NCBI GenBank assembly: GCA_038087875.1
Contig: CM075990.1
Location: forward strand, 11,968,001 to 12,028,000
Source: Malacoraja senta
Lineage: Eukaryota
Reading direction: 5' to 3'
DNA: 60,000 nucleotides
This document shows, in pieces, positions 1 to 13,250 of this stretch. Below the pieces are notes generated by a model that made no database searches, had not been told where the DNA came from, and worked only from the letters and a program-made list of their open reading frames with translations. The number at the start of each line of letters is the position of its first letter. Position 1 is the first letter of the stretch. Both the position numbers and the translations under genes were made by a program.

Positions 1-70
1 GAAATAAGATCAAATCGAACAAGTTGTCCTACAACTTTAGGCTGTGTACGCCATACGCAAGAAGAAGAAG
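1..70 (+). mobile_element. 3' end of a Vingi/Ingi-like short retroposon (same family as 42444-42578), truncated by the window edge
   Basis: Closely matches the reverse complement of ~42444-42505; ends in CGCCATACGCAAGAAGAAGAAG, a (GAA)n tail. Confidence 0.65.
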
Positions 71-999
71 ACCCAAAACATCACCCATTCCTTCTCTCCA
101 GAGATGCAGCATCAGTTTTGGATCAAGACCCTTCTTTTGACTTCAGTCTCAACCCGAAACATCACTCATCCCTTCATTCCAGAGATGCTGCCTGTCCTGC
201 AGAGTTACTCCAGCGTTTTGTGTCTATCTTCGGTTTAAACCGGCATCTGCAGTTCCTTCCTGCATGGTGTGGATTATTTGTGCTTCAGAGTCCAGAATGA
301 GAATTGATACAGACACCAGAGGTGAGAGTGCGAACAAATGTGCCCAGGCTGAAAGTTTTGTATTCAAAAAGCACAGACTGGAAGATTCAAACTGTGTTTA
401 AACGTTATCGATCAGAGCATTGTAATCAATATGTACTTAGTTATTAAAGAAATCAAGGGATGTTGTGTTGCTGCAGGAATGTGGTATTGAGGTAGAGGTC
501 AGGCCCAGACCTTATTGAATGACGGAGTGGAGCCAAAAGAGCCTCTTCATCTTTTTCTTATGTTCCTGTGAGCATCTTCACCAGGAAGATGGTTGCAGTT
601 GAAGAAGATTGTCACTTACTCAAGGGCAACCAGGACAGGACAATTAGGTTGGCCAGCAATGACTACATCGTGAAAAATGAATAGATCCGAACAAAATATT
701 TTATCTCCATCTCCACTGACTACTGCCTCAGTCTGGTACCTACTGAAACCTTCATTCGTGCAAAGATCTGACTATTACTGAGAGTGTTTTCCCCTCAATC
801 ATTAGTACCCTGCTCCAATTCCATGCAAAATCATATTACCCTACACCTCAATCTAGAAGTTTTCAACCAAGGGTATAAATGTATTCATGGACTTCCCTCT
901 TCCTTATCTTCTGACCTCCTCCAACCCAAATGTATGCCCAGGATCACCATCTCTAATCTCTTGTGCAGTCAAAGCCTCCTTTGTCTATTGTTGGTGACT

Positions 1000-1267
1000 G
1001 GGTGGCACTGAGGCACAGCTGCTAGAGCACCAGAGACTCAGGTTCAATCCTGACCTCGGGTGCTGTCTGTGTTGAGTTTGCATGTTTTCCCTGTGATCGC
1101 AAGGGTATCCTCCAAGTGCTCCAGTCTCCTCCCACATCCCAAAGACGTGTAGGTATAAATGTTTATTGTAAAATTGTCTCTAGTGTGTAGGGAGTGGATG
1201 GTTTATGTGGACTCAGTGGGCCAAAGGGCCTGTTTCCATGCGGTATCTCTAAACTGAACTAAACTAG
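1000..1267 (+). mobile_element. HE1-type tRNA-derived V-SINE (diverged)
   Basis: B-box-like GGTTCAATCC, V-domain CTCCTCCCACATCCCAAAGAC, CR1-derived tail ending (AAACT)n. Confidence 0.75.
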
Positions 1268-1269
1268 TA

Positions 1270-1548
1270 GTGTAGGAAAGAACTGCAGATGCTGGTTTAC
1301 ACCAAAGATAGACACAAAATGCTGGAGTAACTCAGCGGGAAAGGTAGCATGTGTAGGAAAAAACTGCAGATGCTGGTTTAAATCGAAGGTAGACACAAAA
1401 TGCTGGAGTAACTCAGCGGGACAGGCAGCATCTCTGGAGAGAAGGAATGGGTGACATTTCGGGTCGAGACTGAAGTCTGAAGAAGAGTCTCGATCCCAAA
1501 CATCACCTGTTCGTTCTCTCCAGAGATGCTGCCTGTCCCGCTGAGTTA
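1270..1548. mobile_element. Penelope-like terminal repeat fragments in tandem and inverted arrangement
   Basis: Two copies of TGTAGGAA..CTGCAGATGCTGG..GGAGTAACTCAGCGGG followed by an inverted copy with a degenerate hammerhead core. Confidence 0.7.
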
Positions 1549-2249
1549 AACTAAACTAGACTGCTTTTTGGCTTTCTGAAATTCCCTGTCTAAATCTTTC
1601 CATCTTTCTTTTTAAGAGACCCTCCTTAAAAGCTGGCTCTTTGACGGAATTTTAATCACACCTCCAACATCTCCTTATTTGGTCTGTTTGCCATCTCTGG
1701 TTCAGGTCCCTTCCAGGATCCTCTGTGTCGAGCTTCTCGTAGAAAGGTACAATACAACGTTAGTTATCCCCGAGCAGCATATTTGCTCATAAAAACAAAC
1801 AAGGTGCCGTTAATTAACTGGTAATTGCTTGCTAACTTATCACAACCATTATGACAACAATCTTGGTTAAAATGAAACTTCATTTCTATGAATAATGAGT
1901 GCAAACATTTTAACATTAGAGACTTTAAACACATTTTTGTTTTTATAAACTGCATCTGATAAATAATTATAAGTTAGCTTCAAAATGATTTGAAATAATT
2001 CATCGCTTCAGAGATTCGTAGACATTATCCAAACCCAAGATTATATTAGAAGATTGAAATCACTGTGGAATTGTCTTTCTGTTTACGTTTAGATTGCTTG
2101 CAAGATTTTATTCCATTTCTAAGTCACGGTTAGCTGTCATTTGATGACATCAGTTGTCACTCAGACCATGTCTGTGATGCATACAGTTTTAAACACCAAA
2201 GAGGATTGGAAAGTTTGACATGTTTGGCTGGTTGAGGAAGGAATATTTT

Positions 2250-2512
2250 CCCTTCACTTTAGTCAGAGGGTGGTGAATTATTTTCATCAGAGGGTGGTGA
2301 ATCTGTGTAATTCTTTCCCACAGAAGGCTGTGGAGGCCAAGTCAGTGGATATTTTAAGGCAGAGATAGAGAGATTCTTGATTAGTATGGGGGTCAGAGAT
2401 TGTGGTGGAGAAGGCAGGAGAATGGGGTGAGGAGGGGGAGATAGATCAGCCATGATTGAAGTAGACTTGATGGGCTGAATGGCCTAATTCTGCTCCTATC
2501 ACCTATGACCTG
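2250..2512 (+). mobile_element. CR1 LINE 3' end fragment
   Basis: AGAGGGTGGTGAATCTGTG (QRVVNLW motif) followed by the CR1 3' UTR. Confidence 0.7.
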
Positions 2513-3223
2513 ACAACGTTACTATAAGATTCCCATCCTTTGCAGATATTATAAGTTGGATTTTTCATTTCTTTAGGTTTCGATTTATTATTGTCACGTG
2601 TGCTGAGGTAAAGTGAAAACCTTTGGTTTGCATCCTAAAGTATCGGATAGAATGTACATAAATAAATCAAGAATAGGTGGAACCTTGAACAAGGGTTCTG
2701 ATCCTAAACGTCACCTATTCTTTTTCTCCAGAGATGTTGCCCGACCAGCATTTTGAGTCTATCTATCTTCGTTATAAATCAACATCTGCAGTTCCTTCCT
2801 GCACATAAATACAAGTCAAACCGCAGTACAATAGGTAAAGCAAAGGGGAGATGCAGAATGCAGAATACAGTTTAGTTTAGTTTAGAGATACAGCATGGAA
2901 ACAGGCCCTTCGGCCCCACGAGGCTGCGCTGACCAGCTATCCCCACACTAGGGATAATTTACATTTTTACCAAGCCAATTAAACCTATACATCTGCCTGC
3001 AGCGCTCAGCATTCTCCAATGTCTGCAATGTTGGATCCTTAATACACTGCCTTGAAAGCAAACACATCCGCCAAGACTGTTCTCAGCCCCCTGGATCCCA
3101 GGTCAAACTCCAATGCAGACACTTAAACACAAAATATAGACTGATGCTTCCGAGCAATATTCCTGCTGCACTCTTTCAGACAAAGCACGCTCCTGACTTG
3201 GTAGACGTCATAAAGTCATACAA

Positions 3224-3523
3224 CACGGTGGCGCAGAGGAAGAGTTGCTGCCTTACAGCGTTTGCAGTGCCAGAGACCCAGGTTTGATCCCGATTATGGG
3301 TGCTGTCTGTTCGGAGTTTATACGCTCTCCCCGTGACCACATGAGGTTTCTCCGAGATCTTCGGTTTCCTCCAGAGACATACAGGTTTGTAGGTTAATTG
3401 GCTTAGTATCAGTGTAAATTGTCCCCGGTGTGTAGGATAGTGTTAATGTGCGGGGGCCGCTGGTCGGCACAGACTCGGTGGGCCGAAGGGCCTGTTTCTG
3501 CACTGTATCTGCAAACTAAACTA
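3224..3523 (+). mobile_element. HE1-type V-SINE
   Basis: A-box GGTGGCGCAG, B-box-like GGTTTGATCC, tail GGGCCGAAGGGCCTGTTTC..AACTAAACT. Confidence 0.85.
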
Positions 3524-3954
3524 CACAACACAGCAGCGGGCCCTTCAGCTCTCCGAGTCCACGGCAATTATCAGACGCCGTTTCCCCTAATGCTCTTTGT
3601 ATTCTCCACATCTTCCCATCATCTATCTCCTGCCCCCTCCCCCAAATAAAATCCCTCAGTGGCCAACTGCCCCACAAATGGGCACGTCGTTTGGATGTGG
3701 GAGGAAAGCAGAGCACTTGAGGAAATGCATGTGTGGACATAGGGTTAACATGCAAACTCCACATAGACAGCACCAGAAGTCAGGATCATACCAGATTGTG
3801 GAAACAGCTACTCAGTCTTGTCCATTCTTTCAGTTGGATGTAAAAGCTCCCATGTCAAGGAATTACCCCACTGGCCAAATATTGATACTTCATCCGATAT
3901 CACAAAAGAATTATGATTTTTTCCATTTTTGGTGTTGGTGTTGAAGATGGCTGC

Positions 3955-4885
3955 ATTATAGACAATAGGTGCAGGAGTAGGCCATTCGGCCCTTCGAGCC
4001 AGCACCACCATTCAATGTGATCATGGCTGATCATCCACAATCAGTACCCCGTTCCTGCCTTCCCCCCATATCTCCTGACTCCGCTATCTTTAAGAGCCCT
4101 ATCTAGCTTTCTCTTGAAAGTATCCAGAGAACTGGCCTCCACCGCCCTCTGAGGCAGAGAATTCCACAGACTCACAACTCTCTGTGTGAAAAAGTGTTTC
4201 CTCATCTCCGTTCTAAATGGCTTACCCCTTATTCTTAAACTGTGGCCCCTGGTTCTGGACTCCCCCAACATCGGGAACATGTTTCCTGCCTCTAGTGCGT
4301 CCAAACCCTTAATAATCTCACATGTTTCAATAAGATCCTTTCTCATCCTTCTAAATTCCAGAGTATACAAGCCCAGCCACTCCATTCTCTCAGCATATGA
4401 CAGTCCCGCCATCCCAGGAATTAACCTTGTGAACCTACGCTGCACTCCTTCAATAGCAAGAATGTCCTTCCTCAAATTAGGGGACCAAAACTGCACACAA
4501 TACTCCAGGTGTGGTCTCACTCGGGCCCTATACAACTGTAGAAGGGTCTCTTTGCTCCTGTACTCAACTACTCTTGTTATGAAGGCCAACATGCCATTCG
4601 CTTTCTTCACTGCCTGTTGTACCTGCATGCTTACTTTCATTGACTGATGAACAAGGAACCCCAGATCCCGTTGTACTTCCCCTTTTCCCTACTTGACACC
4701 ATTTAGATAATAATCTGCCTTCCTGTTTTTGCTACCAAAGTGGATAACCTCACATTTATCCACATTAAACTGCATCTGCCCACTCACCCAACCGGTCCAA
4801 GTCACCCTACATTCTCATAGCATCCCCCTTACAGTTCACACTGCCACCCAGCATTGTGTCATCTGCAAATTTGCTAATGTTACTT
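3955..4885 (-). mobile_element. CR1 (HER1-like) LINE, 5'-truncated; ORF2 C-terminus open at 4041-4640
   Basis: Translation has the CR1 signatures RPHLEYCVQFWSP, GVQRRFTRLIPGM, RTRGHSLRI and FFTQRVVSLWNSLP. Confidence 0.92.
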
Positions 4886-4910
4886 TCCAACAGTTCAGGA
4901 GTAATTCCTT

Positions 4911-5222
4911 GTTTAGTTATAGTTTAGAGACACAGCATGGAAACAAGCCCTATGGCCCACCAAGTCCGCGCCGACCAGCGATCCCCATTCACGTACACTA
5001 GCACTTTCCTACACACCAGGGACAATTTACAATCATTACGAAAGCCAATTAACTTACAAAACTGCACGTCTTTGGAGAATGGGAGGAAACCGGAGCACCC
5101 AGAGTAAATCCATGCAGGTCACAGGGAGAACGTACAAAATCCACACAGACAGCACCCGAGGTCAGGATTGAACCCGGGTCTGTGGCGCTGTGAGGCAGCA
5201 ACTCTACCGCTGCGCCATCGTG
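4911..5222 (-). mobile_element. HE1-type V-SINE
   Basis: Full reverse-complement copy with tRNA-like head, V-domain and tail. Confidence 0.85.
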
Positions 5223-8200
5223 TAGTCCTGTACACACGTGTAGAGTGCGTTGGCAGCATGGGGAGGCAGCTGTAGAAATGCCAGAAGATTCTACCTTTCA
5301 GGAGCGAGCAGCCTTTGGCTCACTGACAATGTGGAGCAGTTCTGACAGCGGACCCATAAATACACCACTGACAGTGCTCCATAAACCCATTGTGTATCTC
5401 ATTTACAACATAGCTGAGTGATTTTATCAGTTTATATAAGTGTTTTTACTTTGAGTTTGAAAAACATATTCTGTGGGCACAGACCATAGCCGAATGATGG
5501 GCTGTTGTAGGTGACAGTGGATAAATTCAGTGTGGAGATGTGTGGGTTGATTAAGTCATTAGGTATTGTAATGAAAAATTATTCCATTCTGAATGCAAGA
5601 ACGCTCGGTCTATGGGCCTTGTACCAACTTCAATAAATGGTCAGTTAATCCGCATGTTAAGCTCCTAATGGCCGTCGAGCCTCTGGGAGAAGCCTTACAA
5701 CATTACAGATAAAGGTAGAAGCAGGTGCTTCAGTTAGCTCCGCCATTCAGAGAGATCAGGTGTGATTCTGTACCTATTCCACTTTTCCATTCCATATCCA
5801 TTTGCCCCGTTCCTCGAGTATTGGAGTCATGCAGAGTGGAAACAGGCCCTTTGGCCCAATTTGTTAAGAGGAATATCTAAACTATGCGTTTATCCGTTTT
5901 GGTATTCACCTGAAAGCCCAGGTGATGGTTTAATCAGCTGCCACTGAGTCAGAGAGTCATCGTTCCAAGACCCTCTCCATGTGATAAGACAAACATCGGG
6001 ACTGGTATTCAATCAAGTGCTGGAATCGTGCTGCACTGTCAGACATTCTGCATTTCCAGTGAGATGTTCCAAGCTGAGATCGCATCTCAGACATAAGCAA
6101 AATATTTCATGTCTCTGCTTGAATCAATGCAAGCCTCCCATAATGTAGAAACAAGGAACTGCAGATATTGGTTCATACACAAAAGGACACAGAGTGCTTG
6201 AGTCGCCAGACTCTGATTCAGTCTGAAGAAGGATCCAAATCCAAAACGTCACCTATCCATGTTCTCCAGAGATGCTGCCTAACCGGCTGAGTTACTGCTG
6301 CTGAGTTACTCCAGCACTTTATGCCCTTTCAAACCACTAAGCACAATAAGATTCCTGTGTGTAAATTGGCTGCTGTGGCTGTCTCTTTACAATATTTTAT
6401 TGGCAATCGTGCTTTGGGCTGTGTTGAAGTCACACAAGGTGCTCTATAAATGCAATTCCTCCCCAAACAAAATGACCAATTTCCCTATTCATCCTTAACT
6501 GCACGAGGCATCGATTACGAGGCATACATTTTCTTTAAAATTCACCTTCTGTCCAAACTGTTTCGTTTCGAAAGAAATCTGTAGTACAAATTAGACCCTG
6601 GACTTTTGTTTCCCCGCTTGTGAGAAATGATTCATTCTGAAAGCACTGATTAGGGAAAGAATGCAAAGCAATCAAATTGCATCGCAAGTGCTTCACACAT
6701 GCAATTAATTATTTTGCGCTTGAGTGACTTTTGCAGATAAATACAACAACTATTTGGTGCAGGTTAGACTTCCAAAATGGCAAATATATTCAGTGACCGG
6801 TGAATCACTGTATGTGTGCGGCAGGGCCAGATGATTGGACAAAACACTGGATGAACTCCACACTCTTGAAGATTGCAAGGGTCCCTTTAATGTTCACGTG
6901 CATTAATGAAGCAAATATTGAACAGAAAAGGGCGACACCTCCGACAGTGCAACAATAACTCAGAATAGAATTGAATACTTTCTTGTCGCATGTGGCAAGT
7001 CACAGCGAAATTCTTTGCTTGCATTCCTGGCTAAGGTATGCAAATAGTCACCCATAAAGGGTGCTTAAAAATGTGCAAATTTTCCAACCCCCCTCTTCCC
7101 ACCACGCTAGTTCCCTCTTTGTTCTTCCCCCTCCCCTCTCCCCCACGCTGGGTCCTGCATTGTTCCTCCCCCTCCCACACCCGGTCCTCCGCTGTTCCTG
7201 CCCTCGGCAGCGGCGTCCACACTTCCACGTGTCCATCCACGTCAGGTGGTGTTCAGTGGTGCAATGTCGGAATTAACCCAGATGGTTTAGTCAACGGTGC
7301 AAATTTCAATATCAGTTACTATCTCTTCATAAAAATGTCGGTAGAGCCTTTGAAAGATTAAAATTGTGCATTGTGCCCCCTGTATTGATTCAATCCCAGG
7401 TGATTGTGAAGCAAAGAGTGATTATACTATGTGGTGGCACAGTGGCGCAGCTGGTAGAGCAGCTACTTCACAGCACCAGGGTCCTGGGTTCAATCCTGAC
7501 CTTGGGTGCTGTATGTGTGGAGTTTGCATGCTCTCCTTGTGAGTGTGTGGATTTACCCTGGGTGCTCTGGTTTCCTCCCACACCCCAAAGATGTTTTTTT
7601 GTACATCGGCCTAGATCTGGGCATCTTGTTGGAAGGTTTGCTGTAAATCACCGAAAATGTGTGGGTGGGGGTAAAATCTGGAGGGAATTGATGGGAAGGT
7701 GGGAAGAATGAAATGGGATAATGTAGAAACAGCAAAGGTGGCTGGTTGATGTTCAATGGGCAGTTGATGGGCTGAAAGGTTTGTTTCTGGGCTGCAGGAC
7801 TCCATGAGAGGTCATTCAAAAGCAGGACCTTGTGGACAGGTCATGAGCCATGACATTATAATGTAGTATTTACAGCACAGAGACAGGCCATTCAGCCCAA
7901 CAGTCCCTGCTTGACGCTCCTCCCTTACTGCTTCATCTCATCCCATTTACAATAAAACCAACTTTTCCTCCATTTTTAACCAGCTGTCCTCGAATGCGGA
8001 CAAACTGAAGACATTAACAACTTCCTGCGGGAATGAGATTTGCATTCTCACCACTCTTCAGTTCCAGACGTTCCTCGTGAATTCCACATTGGATTTATTC
8101 GTGTCGACATTATATTGATGGTCTTTGATTCTGATATTACCTCAGGTGAAAACCCATTTTGTTAACTCTCTCAAATTCTTGGCTAATCTTAATGATGCTC

Positions 8201-8356
8201 AGGAGGATATCTTTTAGCCTTCTAAATCCTACATTTTTATTGCTTCTGAGACGTTCTAAGCAAAGCTGTTTCACATGGCTCAGTGGTTGGCACTTGCATC
8301 TTTGACTAGAATTGTTGTCGATTCAAATTCGTCTCCAGAGACTTGAGTGCCCAGGT

Positions 8357-8947
8357 CTACATAGATACATAGATACATAGAAAATAGGTGCAGGAGTAGG
8401 CCATTCGGCCCTTCGAGCCTGCACTGCCATTCAATATGATCATGGCTGATCATCCAACTCAGTATCCCGTACCTGCCTTCTCTCCATACCCCCTGATCCC
8501 TTTAGCCACAAGGGCCACATCTAACTCCCTCTTAAATATAGCCAATGAACTGGCGTCAACTACCCTCGGTGGCAGAGAATTCCAGAGATTCACCACTCTC
8601 TGTGTGAAAAAGTTTTTCCTCATCTCGGTCCTAAAGGATTTCCCCCTTATCCTTAAGCTGTGACCCCTTGTCCTGGACTTCCCCAACATCGGGAACAATC
8701 TTCCTGCATCTAGCCTGTCCAACCCCATAAGAATTTTGTACGTTTCTATAAGATCTCCTCTCAATCTCCTAAATTCTAGCGAGTATAAACCAAGTCTATC
8801 CAGTCTTTCTTCATATGAAAGTCCTGACATCCCAGGAATCAGTCTGGTGAACCTTCTCTGCACTCCCTCTATGGCTATAATGTCCTTCCTCAGATTTGGA
8901 GACCAAAACTGTACGCAATACTCCAGGTGTGGTCTCACCAAGACCCT
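8357..8947 (-). mobile_element. CR1 LINE 3' end (second subfamily), ORF 8459-8941
   Basis: VRPHLEYCVQFWSPNLRKD...FFTQRVVNLWNSLP; (CTATGTAT)n tail. Confidence 0.92.
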
Positions 8948-9144
8948 GTCTAGGCTGATGTACCAATGTAATGCAGTCTCTCAGGTGAGATGTTGAAACA
9001 AAGCCTCACCTGTTCTCTCAGGTAAGTGCAGAGGGTGCTCTGGCACAATTGCATAGGGGGTATTAGAGTAATCCCTGTGTTTGGCAATACAGAATGAACC
9101 AACGTTTCCTAAACACCTACAGGTTTCCCCTCACCCCCCCCCAG

Positions 9145-9466
9145 TGTGTAGGAATGAACTGCAGATGCTGGTTTAAACCAAAGTTAGACACTGGAGTAAC
9201 TCAGCGGGACAAGCAGCATCTCTGGAGAGAAGGTAGACAAAAATGTTGGAGAAACTCAGCGGGTGAGGCAGCATCTATGGAGCGAAGGAAATAGGCAACG
9301 TTTCGGGCCGAAACCCTTCTTCAGACTCATTCTCGCTGGAGAGAAGGAATGGGTGACTTTTCGGATCTGATGGGGGGGGGTCTCGACCTGAAACGTCTCC
9401 CATTCCTTCTCTCCGGAAGTGCTGCCTGTCCTGCTGAGTTACTCCAGCATTTTGTGTCTATCTTCA
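9145..9466. mobile_element. Composite inverted Penelope-like terminal repeats (two subfamilies)
   Basis: Contains an intact minus-strand hammerhead core at ~9295-9326 and an inverted arm. Confidence 0.7.
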
Positions 9467-9790
9467 GGCCCCCCCTGAGGTTATGAACGCCCGCCTTGCA
9501 CACAGCAGGTGCATTCGAGTGAGTGTTGGGGGTGCTGAGTGCAAGTGAAGCATTGAGCTGGAGACAATGGAGAATACAGTCAGGACAGGTCTGGCAGGTT
9601 GGGTTTGCTCCTGTGGGACCTCAGGCATCTTCTGCAGCGGTTCACGGTCACACTTCCCATTCGCAAACTATTCAGGTGATGATCCAATCTCAGGAACGGG
9701 ACTCTGCTGTAACCGAGGGGTGACCTGTAAAGCAGGATGCTCTGGTTCTGGCTCCTGTCCTGACTGTGTTCTCCACTGTCTCCAGCTTGA

Positions 9791-10180
9791 AGCCCCTGTC
9801 CCACTTAGGAGACCTAAACAGCAACCTCTGGTGACCTTGCCCGCCACCCAAGGTGTCCATGAGGTCACCGGAGGTTTTGGTCACTCTCCCTAATGGTCGA
9901 AAGTGGTTTCCACGTGGTCGAGGCTTCATCTAGGTTGCTGCTATTTTTTCATCATTATTAAATCCGGCCTCGACTAAAAATAGGTTGCCGTTTTAAAAAT
10001 CGATCATTTTTTAGTCGCAGGTCTAGTCGAAGCCTGTTTTCTTCATAGTCGAGGAAGGTTTTCAACATATGCGTGGGAGGTGGTAGGAGGTTGCAGGTCA
10101 CCTCGACCTTGATTTTTTTTTGGGTGGCGGGCAAGGTCACCAGAGGTTGCTGTTTAGGTCTCCTAAGTGGGACAGGGGTT
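9791..10180. mobile_element. MITE, PIF/Harbinger-like
   Basis: ~60-bp near-perfect TIRs CCCCTGTCCCACTTAGGAGACCTAAACAGCAACCTCTGGTGACCTTGCCCGCCACCCA; TWA-like flanks; no credible coding capacity. Confidence 0.8.
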
Positions 10181-10184
10181 TTAA

Positions 10185-10719
10185 AGGCCTGTCTCACGAG
10201 TCTGCGGTCATTGGCGGCGAAACAGGAAGAAGCTACCGCTCCTGGGCCGCCATAGACCGCGCACTCGGTCAAACATACAATTCCGCTAAAATAGAACCAA
10301 CACTGTTCAAAAAACGTTTCCTACCGCACAGCCGCCGCCAGTGTAGCACGAGCGCCGTGCGTCGAACTTGCACCGCCACAGCCTCCGCCAGTGAGGCACG
10401 ACCGCCGCCACAGCCGCCGCCACAGCCTCCGCTAGTGAGGCACGTGTGCGGCACGGCCGCCGTCACAGCGCCGCGATCAGCACGGCCGCCGCCACAGCCC
10501 CGCAGATCCGAAATGACGTCATCGCAGTCGGCCCGCCCTTTTTTTAAACTTACCGCAAGCTCGTGGGACCAGCCGTATTTAAATCACTCGGCCCCCGCGC
10601 AGCATCCGTGTGGCGCTCCCGTGGCATAGGCTCGGCGCTCTCGCCGTTGCCGTGCGGTCCCCTCTACCGGCGACGCTGCGCTTCACCGCCGATGACCGCA
10701 ACACCGTGAGACAGAGCCT
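10185..10719. mobile_element. GC/CpG-rich MITE, PIF/Harbinger-like (second copy at 26467-27070)
   Basis: TIRs AGGCCTGTCTCACG...CGTGAGACAGAGCCT; TAA on both sides; homologous copy in the window. Confidence 0.8.
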
Positions 10720-10949
10720 TAACTCTCCACTTGCACTCTGCACACTCAACCTATATTCCAGTCTGAGGACAGATACAAAGTAACCGCACAGTGGGTGCTG
10801 CCCGACCCGCTGAGTTACACCTTGTGTCTATCTTTGGTATTAACCAATATCTGCTGTTTCTTTCTGCTGTGTATTCCGGACTAATAAGTGTGGCAGATAC
10901 TACTGAACTTTAGGAAATCCGTGCGATCCAATGTTGGATTTTCGGAATG

Positions 10950-11790
<841 letters not shown>

Positions 11791-11973
11791 CTCCTTGTCT
11801 ACTCCACTGCGCAATCCCCTCAAGGTATGCCTACTTTGAAGAAGTTCTCCTCCTCTCTCCGGAGACAGTTTCACAACCTCCTCTCCAACTGCCCCCCCCT
11901 CTGTGATCCCCCCTGCCCTCCAACTCTCCTCCTCCTTTTTCCTTTCTTCTCCCCGACCCCCCACCCCCTATCA

Positions 11974-12005
11974 GTCTGAAGAAGGGTTTCGGCCCGAAAC
12001 GTTGC
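11974..12005 (+). ncRNA. Minimal type I hammerhead ribozyme motif in a Penelope-like repeat
   Basis: GT-CTGAAGA-A-GGGT-TTCG-GCCC-GAAAC-GTT-GC: complete core with a UUCG-capped stem II. Confidence 0.65.
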
Positions 12006-12452
12006 CTATTTCCTTCGCTCCATAGATGCTGCTGCACCCGCTGAGTTTCTCCAGCATTTTTGTGTACTCTTGACTCTCGTTTGGCTCTTGGTTTGAACAT
12101 GCCTAAAGGCACAGCCACCTCTGCCTCCGTTTGCTCAGCTCCAAGTCCCCTCCCAAGTCATCCGACCAGCAGCATTTGTGTGAGGCCCCTCAACACACAG
12201 ACAGGAAGCTGATCTACCCTTCATCTTTTGAGCAACTAGAACAAGCAATTTTTCTAGCTTAAACGTGGGTCTTTAAATATTCATAGAAATGATCCAAAAA
12301 TAATAGGTTAATTGTCCTCGGTACATTTCCCCAGGTGTTGGTGGGTAGAAGGAGAGTCATTGGACTTTGTCTACCGAACTAATGCGCTATAATGCTGAGA
12401 ACTATTTTCTGCTCAATATCCTGTAACTTCCCTTCCGTTCTATCTATTGTAC

Positions 12453-12764
12453 TTAGTTTAGTTTAGAGAAACAGCGCAGAAACAGGCCCTTCAGCCCACC
12501 GGGTCCGCGCCTACCAGCGATTCCTGCATCTTAACACTATCCTACACCCACTAGGGACAATTTTTACCTTTACCAAGCCAATTAACCTACAAACCTGTAG
12601 GTCTTTGGAGTGTGGGAGGAAACCGAAGATCTCGGAGAAAACCCACGCAAGTCGCGGGGAGAACGTGCAAACTCCATACAGACAGCACCCGTAGTCGGGA
12701 TCGAACCCGGGTCTCTGGCGCTGCATTTGCTGTAAGGCAGCAACTCTACCGCTGCGCCACCGTG
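12453..12764 (-). mobile_element. HE1-type V-SINE inserted in a Rex1-type tail
   Basis: Full reverse-complement copy. Confidence 0.85.
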
Positions 12765-12949
12765 ACCTTGAGTTTGACTTGATTGTATTTATGTACGGTA
12801 TAATCTGATCGATTTGCTCAGCATGCAAAACCAAAGTGTTTCACTGTGCCTTGTTATGCATGACAATGATTGACCTAAACCAACATTCCTGGGTTGTAAT
12901 CCTGCTCCAGTGAACACAATAATCTCGGCTGCTGCTCCTCAAGTGGCGG

Positions 12950-13250
12950 CAGGGTGGTGCAGTGGTAGGGTTGCTGCCTTACAGCGCTTACAGCATCGCA
13001 GACCCGGGTTCGATCCTGACCATGGGTGCTGTCTGTACGGAGTTTGTACATTCTCCCTGTGGCCTTTCCCCGAGATCTTCAGTTTCCTCCCATACTCCAG
13101 AGACATAGGTTAATTGGCTCGGTGTAAGTGTGAAATTGTCGCTAGTGTGTGTTGGGTAGCGTTAATGTGCGGGGAACCCTGGCAGGTGCGGACTTGGTGG
13201 GCCGAAGGGCCTGATTCTGTGCTGTATCTCTGAAAACTAAACTAAAGCTA
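12950..13250 (+). mobile_element. HE1-type V-SINE
   Basis: Head with GGGTTCGATCC B-box, V-domain and tail. Confidence 0.8.

Larger units (their letters stand above)
9524..10750. mobile_element. Old MITE-like inverted-repeat element whose right TIR is split by two younger MITEs
   Basis: Left arm 9524-9590 pairs with 9753-9790 plus 10723-10750 (GAGTGCAAGTG..AGCTGGAGAC..CAGTCAGGACAGG). Confidence 0.55.

Noticed and set aside
3224..3310. tRNA-like A/B boxes (many copies)
   Set aside because: These are SINE heads, not tRNA cloverleaves.
10120..10629. 169-aa GC-rich ORF and apparent CpG island (also 26476-27060)
   Set aside because: It lies within a repeated MITE, and the frames are not conserved between copies.
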